From: a virus
Reading direction: 5' to 3' (one strand)
Virus record (IMG/VR): IMGVR_UViG_3300032224_001305
Span: 37,376 to 101,375 of that record
Length of the DNA: 64,000 nt
Positions 1-8,694 of this stretch are shown here, piece by piece; position 1 is the stretch's first letter; every line of letters begins with the position of its first letter. The notes beneath the pieces are model-generated. The model was not told the origin of the DNA, did no database searches, and saw nothing but the letters and a program-made list of their open reading frames with translations. The position numbers and the translations under genes are program-made.

Positions 1-147
1 GACGTGCATTACTCCTATACCAGTTTTTGCTAGCACTTCTGCAACGTGGGAGCCGATAGAACCGACACCAACGACAGTTGTTGTCATACCTGATACCTCT
101 TGAGGGATCAGTGTAGATTGGCGTGTGAAATCTAGCTTGACAGCCAT
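1..147 (-). CDS. ThiF/E1-like adenylating enzyme, N-terminal part (runs off window start; not in ORF track)
   Basis: Manual translation from ATG at 147 gives MAVKLDFTRQSTLIPQEVSGMTTTVVGVGSIGSHVAEVLAKTGIGVMHV, containing the F-x-RQ arginine finger and the GxGxxG nucleotide-binding loop typical of ThiF/MoeB/E1. Overlaps the end of the JAB gene. Confidence 0.88.
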   Translation of the reverse strand, partial: MAVKLDFTRQSTLIPQEVSGMTTTVVGVGSIGSHVAEVLAKTGIGVMHV

Positions 148-1004
148 TTGCGTGTCCAATATCCGATATTATCTCGGATCGTTTCGGGTTTCTTCTCAAC
201 GTTTATAACGGTGCTTTCCGTCTTTACCTGTCTTTCCTCTATTTTTTTAGCCTTTGCCGGCTCCTCTATAAATCTCACCGGAGGCACGTTCCTAGTGCCC
301 TGCCATCCCCACCAGGCAGGAAAGTCATCGTCGTCATCATGTAGTTTAGTCTTTACCGGCAGGTTGGTCTGAACTCCAGCCTGCCACGTTCTAGTGACCG
401 GAGCAGTAAAGGACTGTTTCTGTACGGTGACCACGTTGTGCATACGCTCAACTTTAGCCAGTGACTCTTCTATCCACTTATTAGTAACGGTGCCCTGATA
501 CAACACACCGTACGAGCAGTTGACTACGGTATTTCTGTACACGCTGTTGTTGTTACCGTGGCTGTTGGGATCATACGTATCTAGACGCAAGTACAGATTA
601 TTGCCAGGATCTTTACCAGCTAGCGCGGCTGCAGCACCACTTTTATTAGTGATAATACTCCACATAAAGGCGCCGTTAGCCAGACGATCGATAGTAGCTT
701 CGTCTGTGCCAGAGGGACTAGCTGTCATGTTCACGTGGCTGTGGAAGAACACACGCAGTCTAGAAGTATCAGCGCCCTGATTGATCAACTCTAGCTGCAG
801 CAAAGACAGAGACTGGTCGTCCATCTCAGTGTACACACCAGAGCACTTTTGCTTTGGTACATAAAACTCTTGAACGACATCGTCTCTGCCAGGCAGCAGC
901 AAGCCGAGAGCAGAGATCTCGATATCGCATGCCTCGGTAAGACGCCACATCTGTATCCACGCCTTGGGCGTGAACAGAAGCTTCTTCGTTTGCACTACAC
1001 TCAT
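132..1004 (-). CDS. JAB/MPN+ metallopeptidase (prokaryotic deubiquitinase-like)
   Basis: N-terminal Glu (EISALG) plus HSHVNMTASPSGTD, matching the JAMM motif HxH-x7-S-x2-D. Confidence 0.85.
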   Translation of the reverse strand: MSVVQTKKLLFTPKAWIQMWRLTEACDIEISALGLLLPGRDDVVQEFYVPKQKCSGVYTEMDDQSLSLLQLELINQGADTSRLRVFFHSHVNMTASPSGTDEATIDRLANGAFMWSIITNKSGAAAALAGKDPGNNLYLRLDTYDPNSHGNNNSVYRNTVVNCSYGVLYQGTVTNKWIEESLAKVERMHNVVTVQKQSFTAPVTRTWQAGVQTNLPVKTKLHDDDDDFPAWWGWQGTRNVPPVRFIEEPAKAKKIEERQVKTESTVINVEKKPETIRDNIGYWTRKWLSS

Positions 1005-2035
1005 GATACCGTCCTAGGTACGCAGCCAGAGTTGTTTAGGCCGCTGTTTGTTTCTAGAGATACTAGCGAGAACATATGTAGCTTTGCGCAACAAGTGGGA
1101 CATGAGCCACAATGTGACACTGCCGTTTCCTGAAAGCAGTTAGCGCAGAAAATACTCTCGTGTACATGCTCACAACCCTGAGCGGCCGGAGCTACGCCAA
1201 GATCGTTGCAGTGTGGACACACGATCCTACCCCAAGGACCTTTGGGATCCCTATCTATGAGATTGGTATACGCGCTCGCTGGATTAGCAAACAACAGACA
1301 ACCGCTTAGAAGTGCCAGCGCGTTGGCCACGTTTCCATGTAGTAAAGAGTCTGAGATACGTATAGCCTCGTCACCCGTACACACACTGTTGTTGTAGTTT
1401 ATGTGCGGGTGGTCGCGAAACGTCGTAACAACATCGTTACTATCTTTAGCAGTGACCTGTAGATTAGCGCCGTATCTCTGTACATCCCAGCCAAGTTTTA
1501 CTAGGTACGAACCATACTTTTCGTGCGATTTGAGACCGGTACCTCGCTGAATAATACGGAATACCTTTGTGCGAAACTCTACGTTGATTCTGGGGGGTTC
1601 AGTACCACTCTGAGTAGAGACAGTAACCGTAGGCACATCAACGGTACTGAGTAGCTCTGAGGCGTTGTCATAGTCAAACGTATCGCACAGATCTTTGTAG
1701 CTCTCAAACAGCGCTTTATTTTTAATGATATACTGAATAGCTTTTATAGTGCTTTGGTGACGGTCATTAAGCTCATCAGACTTGCGTTCGGCGTAGTAAA
1801 CTTCGTCAGCAAGTGCTTGTTCCTTTGTTGTGATTAGTCGAAGCTTTTCTTTAAGCTTTTCCTTCTCTTCTTTTATAGCGTCTATAAACGCCTGCTTCTT
1901 CTCTTTAACCTCCTTGAGTTCGGCGTCAGCAGTGTCGACAAGCTTCTTAGTCTGCTCCGCCTCTACCCGTTTTGACTCTATGGTACTGTCATCTACTTTG
2001 AAACAGCCCATCAAACGCGTTTTCAGTTCTGACAT
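1001..2035 (-). CDS. Prokaryotic E2-like conjugating enzyme with N-terminal coiled coil and C-terminal Cys-rich (Zn-binding) region
   Basis: HPHINYNNSVCTG resembles the UBC HPN...C active-site motif; C-terminal CxxC clusters; lies between the Ubl and JAB genes. Confidence 0.7.
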   Translation of the reverse strand: MSELKTRLMGCFKVDDSTIESKRVEAEQTKKLVDTADAELKEVKEKKQAFIDAIKEEKEKLKEKLRLITTKEQALADEVYYAERKSDELNDRHQSTIKAIQYIIKNKALFESYKDLCDTFDYDNASELLSTVDVPTVTVSTQSGTEPPRINVEFRTKVFRIIQRGTGLKSHEKYGSYLVKLGWDVQRYGANLQVTAKDSNDVVTTFRDHPHINYNNSVCTGDEAIRISDSLLHGNVANALALLSGCLLFANPASAYTNLIDRDPKGPWGRIVCPHCNDLGVAPAAQGCEHVHESIFCANCFQETAVSHCGSCPTCCAKLHMFSLVSLETNSGLNNSGCVPRTVS

Positions 2036-2052
2036 TGCTGACCCCTAAAAAC

Positions 2053-2097
2053 GCGAGAGGGCACCACATACTAGATGTATGCAGTGCCCCCTCACGC
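2053..2097 (-). terminator. Hairpin/terminator between Ubl and E2 genes
   Basis: gggcac(2059-2064)...gtgccc(2084-2089) stem, followed on the minus strand by TTTTTAG. Confidence 0.5.
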
Positions 2098-2123
2098 AGC
2101 CATAGACCTACGCCGCTACCAAA

Positions 2124-2534
2124 TTAGCCAGCGTTGACGTTGACCTGCACCATGATGGTGTGATTGCCTGCGGGCACCGGGTCGTTAGCCGACAGCGGGA
2201 CGAGCTGGCTGTCACGAACGTAAGCATAGCTAGCGGTGCTGGTATTCCAGCCAGCCGAAGCCACGATGTCCTTGATAGGCGTACCAGGGACGAAGTTCAC
2301 CGGAACCGCGTCCTTACCCAAGCTACCCTTGAGAAGGACGGTGTTACCGCCCTGAGCCTCAGCCAGCTTCTCGTTGTACGCCGCCTTGGCGCGCGTCATC
2401 TTAGCCGCAGCGGCAGTCAACTCATCCATGTTCTCGGTCGAGAACTCTTCTTCGAATGCCGCCTTGGCATCTTCGTACGCGTTGGTGGCTTCGTCCAGAA
2501 TGCGCTGCAGATCATCAATCGAGAGTGCGCCCAT
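2124..2534 (-). CDS. Ubiquitin-like (beta-grasp) protein with N-terminal helical/coiled-coil domain
   Basis: C-terminal ~70 aa has a ThiS/Ub-like pattern (PGTPIKDIV...LSANDPVPAGNHTIMVQVNVNAG) ending in Gly; operon context. Confidence 0.72.
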   Translation of the reverse strand: MGALSIDDLQRILDEATNAYEDAKAAFEEEFSTENMDELTAAAAKMTRAKAAYNEKLAEAQGGNTVLLKGSLGKDAVPVNFVPGTPIKDIVASAGWNTSTASYAYVRDSQLVPLSANDPVPAGNHTIMVQVNVNAG

Positions 2535-2535
2535 G

Positions 2536-2775
2536 TTATTTCTCCATGAAAAGCCTAACGGCTTTTGTTGTCCTAGCTTTGCTTGTTGTTGCGATAGTTA
2601 CAGATTTGTAAGTCTTTCCGCCGCATTCGGACGTAAGACGTATAGCCCACGGCAATCTTCCGTTGTCGGGTGCTTCTGCGTCTTCTGTCTGCAGATGAGC
2701 TACAAACAAAAGAGTCGTTACATTGCCTGATTGAACCGGTTCTCGGCTGTAAGATACAGTCCAGCCTTGGCTCAT
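2536..2775 (-). CDS. Hypothetical protein (first gene of the Ubl operon)
   Basis: ATG at 2775 with AAGGA RBS, downstream of the promoter motif at 2820-2845; stop abuts the Ubl start. Confidence 0.45.
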   Translation of the reverse strand: MSQGWTVSYSREPVQSGNVTTLLFVAHLQTEDAEAPDNGRLPWAIRLTSECGGKTYKSVTIATTSKARTTKAVRLFMEK

Positions 2776-2849
2776 TGCGTCCTTACTACTAGCTACCACC
2801 CGTAGTAGGTACAAGAGCATATAACATTATTTTTATTTGTTTTGCAGAC

Positions 2850-3053
2850 TTAGTCTACGGCGGTCACATCATCCGCGGCGTCAACGGTGACGGTGACATC
2901 CGTCGCTACCGAGACTTCTCCAGCCAGCGGAGCTGCGTCAGCATCTACAGCGTCTACTACATCGACATCTGCATTACCAGCGTCAACGTCAGCCGTAGAC
3001 TTGCTGCAGCCTGCGAAAACAATTACTAGTGATAAACAAGCTAAAACTTTCAT
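2850..3053 (-). CDS. Small acidic lipoprotein
   Basis: Hydrophobic signal ending in FAGC lipobox; D/V/A-rich tail. Confidence 0.6.
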   Translation of the reverse strand: MKVLACLSLVIVFAGCSKSTADVDAGNADVDVVDAVDADAAPLAGEVSVATDVTVTVDAADDVTAVD

Positions 3054-3071
3054 CTAAACTCCCAATCAGGG

Positions 3072-3395
<324 letters not shown>

Positions 3396-4091
3396 TTATA
3401 TTTTCTCCTTGTCTTGAAATATATCTCTGAATACTTTTGTGATGTTGCCTCTACTTACTGGCTCTGGCTGTTTCCTGCCCGTAGCCATTATGGACACATC
3501 TTTCTTTGACACTTTCTTAACTACACCAAATCGGTGCCCACCGATCTTAGAATAGAACTGGACCATATCACCGGCCCTAATAGCGTCAATAGAGACTTCT
3601 TCGTGAAAGAGAGGTGAACTCATATTTTTCTCACACCTCATAACTTTAGCTGCATAATTTTTAGCGCGACGTAACTTTGGACCCGCTCCCTTGGCCGCAG
3701 CAGTTCCAGCGTTGTAACCCATCAGGGTATGTCGGATGGTACATGTGGTATCTTTACCGCATGCTCCCCGCGCAAGTCTATACCACGCATTAGTTTTGCC
3801 TAGTAAAGACGCTGTCCTACTAAGGGCAACCGGGACCTTCTTCAAAGACGCACAGGGTACTTTCTTTGACGGGAGTACTTGAGTAACCCCGCACTCTCCG
3901 CTGGAACCTATTTGACTAGCGTCCCATTTGGACTCTACGTGTGCCACGCATATAAGTCTTTCTACAGGTACGTCAGATTCTTTGGCGGTGTTAACTAGAG
4001 CAGCTTCGTTCTCGCAAATTACTTGTACTTCCTTACTATTCAGTACGCCTGGATTTGCTGAGAGTACTGCGCAAAGTGCTAGATTTATCAA
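3396..4091 (-). CDS. Lytic transglycosylase (SLT family) with signal peptide and C-terminal SH3/KOW-like extension
   Basis: VES catalytic motif, GxxQV, YNAG. Confidence 0.8.
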   Translation of the reverse strand: MINLALCAVLSANPGVLNSKEVQVICENEAALVNTAKESDVPVERLICVAHVESKWDASQIGSSGECGVTQVLPSKKVPCASLKKVPVALSRTASLLGKTNAWYRLARGACGKDTTCTIRHTLMGYNAGTAAAKGAGPKLRRAKNYAAKVMRCEKNMSSPLFHEEVSIDAIRAGDMVQFYSKIGGHRFGVVKKVSKKDVSIMATGRKQPEPVSRGNITKVFRDIFQDKEKI

Positions 4092-4660
4092 GGTGCCTCA
4101 TCTAGTTTAGCCACCTCAGGACTTAACCTAATCCTATCTTTAGTTAGTTGGTCGGATAGATCAGTAAAGTCCAAAGATCGCTTGAGAATCAGCTGCGCCC
4201 AAGATGCAGGTACATCTTCCCCAAAGTAGACTATTGTGCATTCCTTTCCAGCATCTCTTAGAATCTTTTGGGTGTTAGACGCAGCCTCGATGTTTGTTAC
4301 AAGGGCTATCTCGCTGGCATCATTAGCCATAGCGTAAGCCAACATTTCTGGTAAGTAACTATCCTTAGACTCCCTAGTGGGTGAGTATTGTATAACCACA
4401 TAACCGGATTGTTCCAATCTCTTTATAAAATTTTGCTGTGGTTTATTTGCGTCTATGGCTGTTGTAAAACCGATGGCAGACACAGAGTCGGAAGCCTCTC
4501 CATCTAGATCTAGTAAGTATTTTATCTCGCCAAGTAGTTCCTTGTAGTCTATTAGCAAGTCTAAGCGTCTACTGGTGAAGTACAGCTGAGTTAAATCAAA
4601 CAGGATAAATACTTTGTTGCTTTGGGTCATTTTATTACCTATCAATATTATTGAGCGCAT
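4088..4660 (-). CDS. NYN/LabA-like (PIN-fold) protein, degenerate
   Basis: VFILFD..., IDYKELL, LEQSGYVV, IALVT...LRDAGKEC pattern of LabA/DUF88 NYN domains; several acidic catalytic residues appear to be missing. Confidence 0.5.
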   Translation of the reverse strand: MRSIILIGNKMTQSNKVFILFDLTQLYFTSRRLDLLIDYKELLGEIKYLLDLDGEASDSVSAIGFTTAIDANKPQQNFIKRLEQSGYVVIQYSPTRESKDSYLPEMLAYAMANDASEIALVTNIEAASNTQKILRDAGKECTIVYFGEDVPASWAQLILKRSLDFTDLSDQLTKDRIRLSPEVAKLDEAP

Positions 4661-4769
4661 ATATTAGCGCGAGCCCCTTGTACAGTACCGAACCTATAGT
4701 GTCAACGCGACATACCTTCGCAAGGGGTCACCAAGTATAGACCCAAAACACCTGTAGCTGTGTATGCTG

Positions 4770-5003
4770 GCTAAAAAATTGGCAGAGTACACATAGAAGG
4801 ATTTATTAGACCCTTCTATGTGTACTCCACCTTGGCAGTTAGCCCACGCACGACGTCCGTCTTTCTCCTTGTCACAGGATACTCAGCCGTATATCAATGC
4901 ACCGCCCGCGTTAGTCTCGTCAAACGGAGCGAACGGCCTCCGTAAGACACAGTTGGTAACACAAGTAACTAGCTAGGTACTAGTTATATGTGTCACCGAC
5001 ATT
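4770..5003 (-). ncRNA. Putative structured small RNA with its own promoter and terminator
   Basis: Promoter motif at 5009-5034, hairpins at 4952-5000 and 4914-4948, 16-bp terminal stem at 4785-4827, no credible ORF. Confidence 0.45.
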
Positions 5004-5037
5004 CTTCATATATCAGAAACTTTCTTATTTTTGCATT

Positions 5038-5122
5038 TGGTGCGAGAAGCGGGACTTGAACCCGCACGCCAAAAAGCGAAAGATTTTAAGTCTCTTGCGT
5101 CTACCGATTCCGCCATTCTCGC
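5038..5122 (-). tRNA. tRNA-Leu(TAA)
   Basis: Cloverleaf with long variable arm, anticodon loop CT-TAA-AA, encoded CCA. Confidence 0.93.
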
Positions 5123-5148
5123 GAAGCATAACGACTAACCATATACAG

Positions 5149-5221
<73 letters not shown>

Positions 5222-5261
5222 TTAGCTGGTAACGCGTACGCTACCAGAGTTTTATAAAATA

Positions 5262-5858
5262 TCAACACTGCGTAGATAGTTCTGCAAATCTATCGTTGTA
5301 GTAATTCTTTAACGTTCCACGCAAGTAAGGAAAGTCTCCTAAGAGCGCTGGCAAGTGCGTACGTAGTTTCGCCCGATCGTTGAACTTACCGATGTTAGTA
5401 GGATCAACTAAGTACGGCACCTTATTCCTATCAGCGTAGTCTCGTATAGAAGACCTATTAGTGTTTAGCATAGGTCTAAACACTTTTCCGTTTACTACTG
5501 GCGTATAGGAGGGATTACCCTTAAACGCCGTTATTAAATACCACTCTATTGCGTCATCCAATGTGTGTCCAGTAACTACCTGTGCTTCAGACATCTGGTA
5601 ATACTGGCTACGCATATCGTGCCACTCTGCCTCTGTACCATATGGTAGCTTAGTAACACAGAGCGGTAATTCGTGGTCAGAACAGTAGTCTTCCACTAGA
5701 CACCGACTTAGCTTTGAGAAGTCCGACTCACCGTGCTGAAAATGTAGTACAGTTATATCTTTCCTACCCACTCTACAGAAATGGAGTAGCGCCATAGAAT
5801 CTGGACCACCAGAGCATGCAACTACAACGCGCCTATCAATATTAGGGCTGAATAACAT
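5262..5858 (-). CDS. tilS: tRNA(Ile)-lysidine synthetase, minimal PP-loop form
   Basis: SGGPDS PP-loop, GHTLDD, RPML, DPTN...R..LR motifs; lies inside a tRNA cluster that includes tRNA-Ile2(CAT). True start is probably ATG 5858, since the longer ORF overlaps tRNA-Arg. Confidence 0.9.
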   Translation of the reverse strand: MLFSPNIDRRVVVACSGGPDSMALLHFCRVGRKDITVLHFQHGESDFSKLSRCLVEDYCSDHELPLCVTKLPYGTEAEWHDMRSQYYQMSEAQVVTGHTLDDAIEWYLITAFKGNPSYTPVVNGKVFRPMLNTNRSSIRDYADRNKVPYLVDPTNIGKFNDRAKLRTHLPALLGDFPYLRGTLKNYYNDRFAELSTQC

Positions 5859-5877
5859 TTGCACTCCTATAACATAA

Positions 5878-5954
<77 letters not shown>

Positions 5955-5967
5955 ACTGAAAACAATT

Positions 5968-6044
5968 TGGTCGGAGTGAAGGGATTCGAACCCATGACCC
6001 TCTGCTCCCAAAGCAGATGCGCTACCAGACTGCGCTACACTCCG
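5968..6044 (-). tRNA. tRNA-Pro(TGG)
   Basis: tctgc-tt-TGG-ga-gcaga, CCA end. Confidence 0.95.
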
Positions 6045-6190
6045 AAAGGCTCCTGCACAATTAAGCATCGTGCTAACGCGTGGAGTACACGACGATCTTA
6101 CTTCTGTCGCTGGACTAGGCCATACGGCGCCCGATGGGGGACGAGAGAAGAGATAGATCGCGACCCGGAGGTGAACACCCCATCTCCAGG

Positions 6191-6273
6191 TGGAAGGTGG
6201 TAGATTCGAACTACCGTAGGCTGACGCCGGCAGATTTACAGTCTGCTCCAATTGGCCACTCTGGCAACCTTCC
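6191..6273 (-). tRNA. tRNA-Tyr(GTA)
   Basis: gcaga-ct-GTA-aa-tctgc, long variable arm. Confidence 0.92.
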
Positions 6274-6306
6274 ATTGGGGTGCGCTCGCAGGATGATCCT
6301 AGACCG

Positions 6307-6870
6307 CTAACTTAACTGCTGATCTACGCAATGCTCGACAGACATAAAGTCCGTATGTGCTTTGCATCTAGGCTCGTACCCTTCTTTACCTCCGACCTTA
6401 ACTTCTTCCTGCTTCTCCACCAAAGTAATTGTGTAGTAGGCGTCGTTTCCGCAGAAGCAAACCGCGGGACAAAGCTCAATCTTTGTTGCCCACGGCAGTA
6501 TCTTTGCCATCTCTGGAAAGGCGCTACCTTCTGACGAGAGCTGCAAGGAGGAGACGTATATTTGCTTTCCTTGTTTGTATAACTCAACCAGAACGTCTGA
6601 CACCCCCGGTATCATAAAGGCTTCGTCAACCGCTATTACCTCTGCTTTACCTAGATGGTCAAAGATCTCTCTACCCTCGCTGATAGGAATAGACTCCCAG
6701 CGGTTTCCGTTATGAGAAACAACAGCCTTCGTTGCATACCTAGTATCAATGCTCGGCTTGAACAGTTTAATTACCTTCTTCTGGTATTTTGCTCTTTCCA
6801 GCTGCGAAAGCATTCTTGACGTTTTACCGCCGAACATTGGGCCGGTGAAGACTACAAACTCTTGTTTCAT
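6307..6870 (-). CDS. tdk: Thymidine kinase
   Basis: GPMFGGKT P-loop, FKPSIDTRY, VDEA, VGGKEGYEPRC. Confidence 0.93.
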   Translation of the reverse strand: MKQEFVVFTGPMFGGKTSRMLSQLERAKYQKKVIKLFKPSIDTRYATKAVVSHNGNRWESIPISEGREIFDHLGKAEVIAVDEAFMIPGVSDVLVELYKQGKQIYVSSLQLSSEGSAFPEMAKILPWATKIELCPAVCFCGNDAYYTITLVEKQEEVKVGGKEGYEPRCKAHTDFMSVEHCVDQQLS

Positions 6871-6889
6871 TTTTATACTCTAGTTGTAG

Positions 6890-6962
6890 TGCGCTCGGAG
6901 GGAATCGAACCCTCGACCAACAGATTAAAAGTCTGCTGCTCTACCGACTGAGCTACAAGCGC
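6890..6962 (-). tRNA. tRNA-Lys(TTT)
   Basis: gcaga-ct-TTT-aa-tctgt anticodon arm. Confidence 0.93.
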
Positions 6963-7109
6963 AGCCGCTATTTATTCTTAAGATACATCCCGATTAAATC
7001 TATTATGATTGATACACCGAAGCCAAACGCGGCTCCCCATACAAATCCCTCTATACCAGAAGCGCTAGCTAGATAATCCAAGCTACCTCCTACTAGATTA
7101 GTATCACTG

Positions 7110-7184
7110 TGGAGCGGGCGATGGGATTCGAACCCACGACGTTCAGCTTGGAAGGCTGACACTCTACCGCTGAGTTACACCCGC
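7110..7184 (-). tRNA. tRNA-Gly(TCC)
   Basis: tcagc-ct-TCC-aa-gctga, CCA end. Confidence 0.95.
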
Positions 7185-7200
7185 GTCCCCATTATAGATG

Positions 7201-7289
7201 TGGCGGAGGGAGAGGGATTCGAACCCCCGGACGCTTTTAACGTCGACGGTTTTCAAGACCGCTCCATTAAACCACTCTGGCATCCCTCC
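7201..7289 (-). tRNA. tRNA-Ser(TGA)
   Basis: gcggt-ct-TGA-aa-accgt, long variable arm, CCA end. Confidence 0.94.
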
Positions 7290-7345
7290 GGCTAGTACCG
7301 CCCGTGAGGACGGCACCGTTACACCTTGTACACGTGGTACATGTG

Positions 7346-7726
7346 CTATTTCTGAAACTGCTCAGGATCGTCCGCATCGGTGTCTACCTGTAGCATAGAC
7401 GCGACCAACTGACATATTTTCATTTTAGTGTAGTGGGTTTGGTTAGACAACGGACACTTACTCAAGAAGTAGCTTGTGTGTAGAAAGCCTGATGCAGGTG
7501 CTTCGAACACGTAAGATTCTCCTAACGTTCGTCCTAAGACGTAAACCGAGTTATCGTCCGGAGCAATACACGCTATGGCCTTGTATCTAGTTCCGTCGCC
7601 TGGTTGCCATTCCACCACAACCACGTTTTCTTTAATGCAAACTTTATTCGTTCCCGGCCTGCTATATGGACTGTACGCAGCATCTAACCTGCTACTCACG
7701 TTGTCGGCATATGTCGAATCAAACAT
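7346..7726 (-). CDS. Hypothetical protein
   Basis: GAGG RBS, 126 aa; contains WQPGDGTRY. Confidence 0.6.
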   Translation of the reverse strand: MFDSTYADNVSSRLDAAYSPYSRPGTNKVCIKENVVVVEWQPGDGTRYKAIACIAPDDNSVYVLGRTLGESYVFEAPASGFLHTSYFLSKCPLSNQTHYTKMKICQLVASMLQVDTDADDPEQFQK

Positions 7727-7741
7727 GGCTACCTCAAATAA

Positions 7742-8008
7742 TTAGGTCCAATCTCTAACCACTAGAAATACACCAGTGGCTACCGTGTAACCGACGCCCT
7801 CCATTAGAGCTATCTTTACTCGATCTTGTGCACTACGTGCTTCTACTATCAATATCGTAGGAACCATAGCTATAAGCGGGTAAGTAAAGCTAATGGCCAA
7901 TCCAAGGGTGTACACCTTGTTATTGGCCGCGTACGCTGCTACGTCGAACCACATCTGCAGTAGGAACGCAGCTAAAAAAGCGGCAACGTATTTAGCTTTA
8001 TTACTCAT
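7742..8008 (-). CDS. Small membrane protein (about 3 TM segments)
   Basis: Hydrophobic segments; start moved to ATG 8008 to avoid overlapping tRNA-Ala. Confidence 0.6.
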   Translation of the reverse strand: MSNKAKYVAAFLAAFLLQMWFDVAAYAANNKVYTLGLAISFTYPLIAMVPTILIVEARSAQDRVKIALMEGVGYTVATGVFLVVRDWT

Positions 8009-8029
8009 ATTAAATTCCTGGTTATTTGG

Positions 8030-8105
8030 TGGTGGACTCAAGGGGGATCGAACCCCTGACCCTCGGCTTGCAAAGCCGATGCTCTCCCAGCTGAGCTATG
8101 AGCCC
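8030..8105 (-). tRNA. tRNA-Ala(TGC)
   Basis: tcggc-tt-TGC-aa-gccga, G3-U70 pair, CCA end. Confidence 0.95.
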
Positions 8106-8200
8106 TTGGTAAAAAGCGCGTGATAGCCAATATCATGGCGATATACAGAGACACTCGCTCTGCATATCGGCCACTCGGCGTGGACTTTGACTATACGCGC

Positions 8201-8275
8201 TGGTGGATGCTGAGGGATTCGAACCCCCGACTGCCTCCGTGTAAAGGAGGAACTCTACCGCTGAGTTAAGCATCC
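8201..8275 (-). tRNA. tRNA-Val(TAC)
   Basis: cctcc-tt-TAC-ac-ggagg, CCA end. Confidence 0.95.
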
Positions 8276-8279
8276 TTAA

Positions 8280-8399
8280 GGAAAGTACCTGAGCGCCTTT
8301 ATAGGTAGCGCTTTCCTGCTGCAACAGGCATGCGTTTTACCAGTGAGCACTTGCAGGTGCTTACTCGATCTGTCGCATCTTTCTAAATCAGGTACTCCC
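8280..8399 (-). ncRNA. Putative multi-branched structured RNA between tRNA-Ile2 and tRNA-Val
   Basis: agtacctga/tcaggtact closing stem with three internal hairpins. Confidence 0.4.
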
Positions 8400-8401
8400 G
8401 G

Positions 8402-8475
8402 TGGGCCCTCTGGGATTTGAACCCAGTACCCGCAGTTTATGAGACTGCTGCTCTAACCGATTGAGCTAAGGGCCC
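8402..8475 (-). tRNA. tRNA-Ile2(CAT), lysidine-modified, reads AUA (elongator Met is less likely)
   Basis: GGGCCCTTAGCTCA 5' end resembling ileX-type tRNAs; ct-CAT-aa loop; no initiator GGG/CCC anticodon stem; tilS nearby. Confidence 0.8.
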
Positions 8476-8492
8476 GTTCACCTAACTGACAG

Positions 8493-8574
8493 TGCGTGTA
8501 GAGGGACTCGAACCCCCACGTCTCTCAACAACAGAACCTAAATCTGCCGCGTCTACCAATTCCGCCATACACGC
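8493..8574 (-). tRNA. tRNA-Leu(TAG)
   Basis: gcaga-tt-TAG-gt-tctgt, GGCGGAATTGGTAGACGC Leu D-arm. Confidence 0.92.
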
Positions 8575-8598
8575 CTAATGAACTCTACGCAGTATTCA

Positions 8599-8653
8599 TA
8601 TATCAAAGAACAACGCGCTTTTTGCACGCAAATACAAAGTCGATCTTGGTATA
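8599..8653. promoter_or_regulatory. Back-to-back phage promoters (GCAAA-N15/16-GRTATA) driving the tRNA cluster (-) and the 8695 operon (+)
   Basis: Minus strand: GCAAA at 8625, GATATA at 8604. Plus strand: GCAAA at 8628, GGTATA at 8648. Confidence 0.65.
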
Positions 8654-8694
8654 GGAGCTGTGCTGCACAAGCACCAAGCAGCTAGGAGGTATAC

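Noticed and set aside
8493-8574. Suppressor tRNA or genome-wide stop-codon recoding
   Set aside because: Anticodons TAG, TAA and TGA read the sense codons CUA, UUA and UCA. Conserved genes are intact in code 11 and all three stops are used; only the single TAA at 21363 is anomalous.
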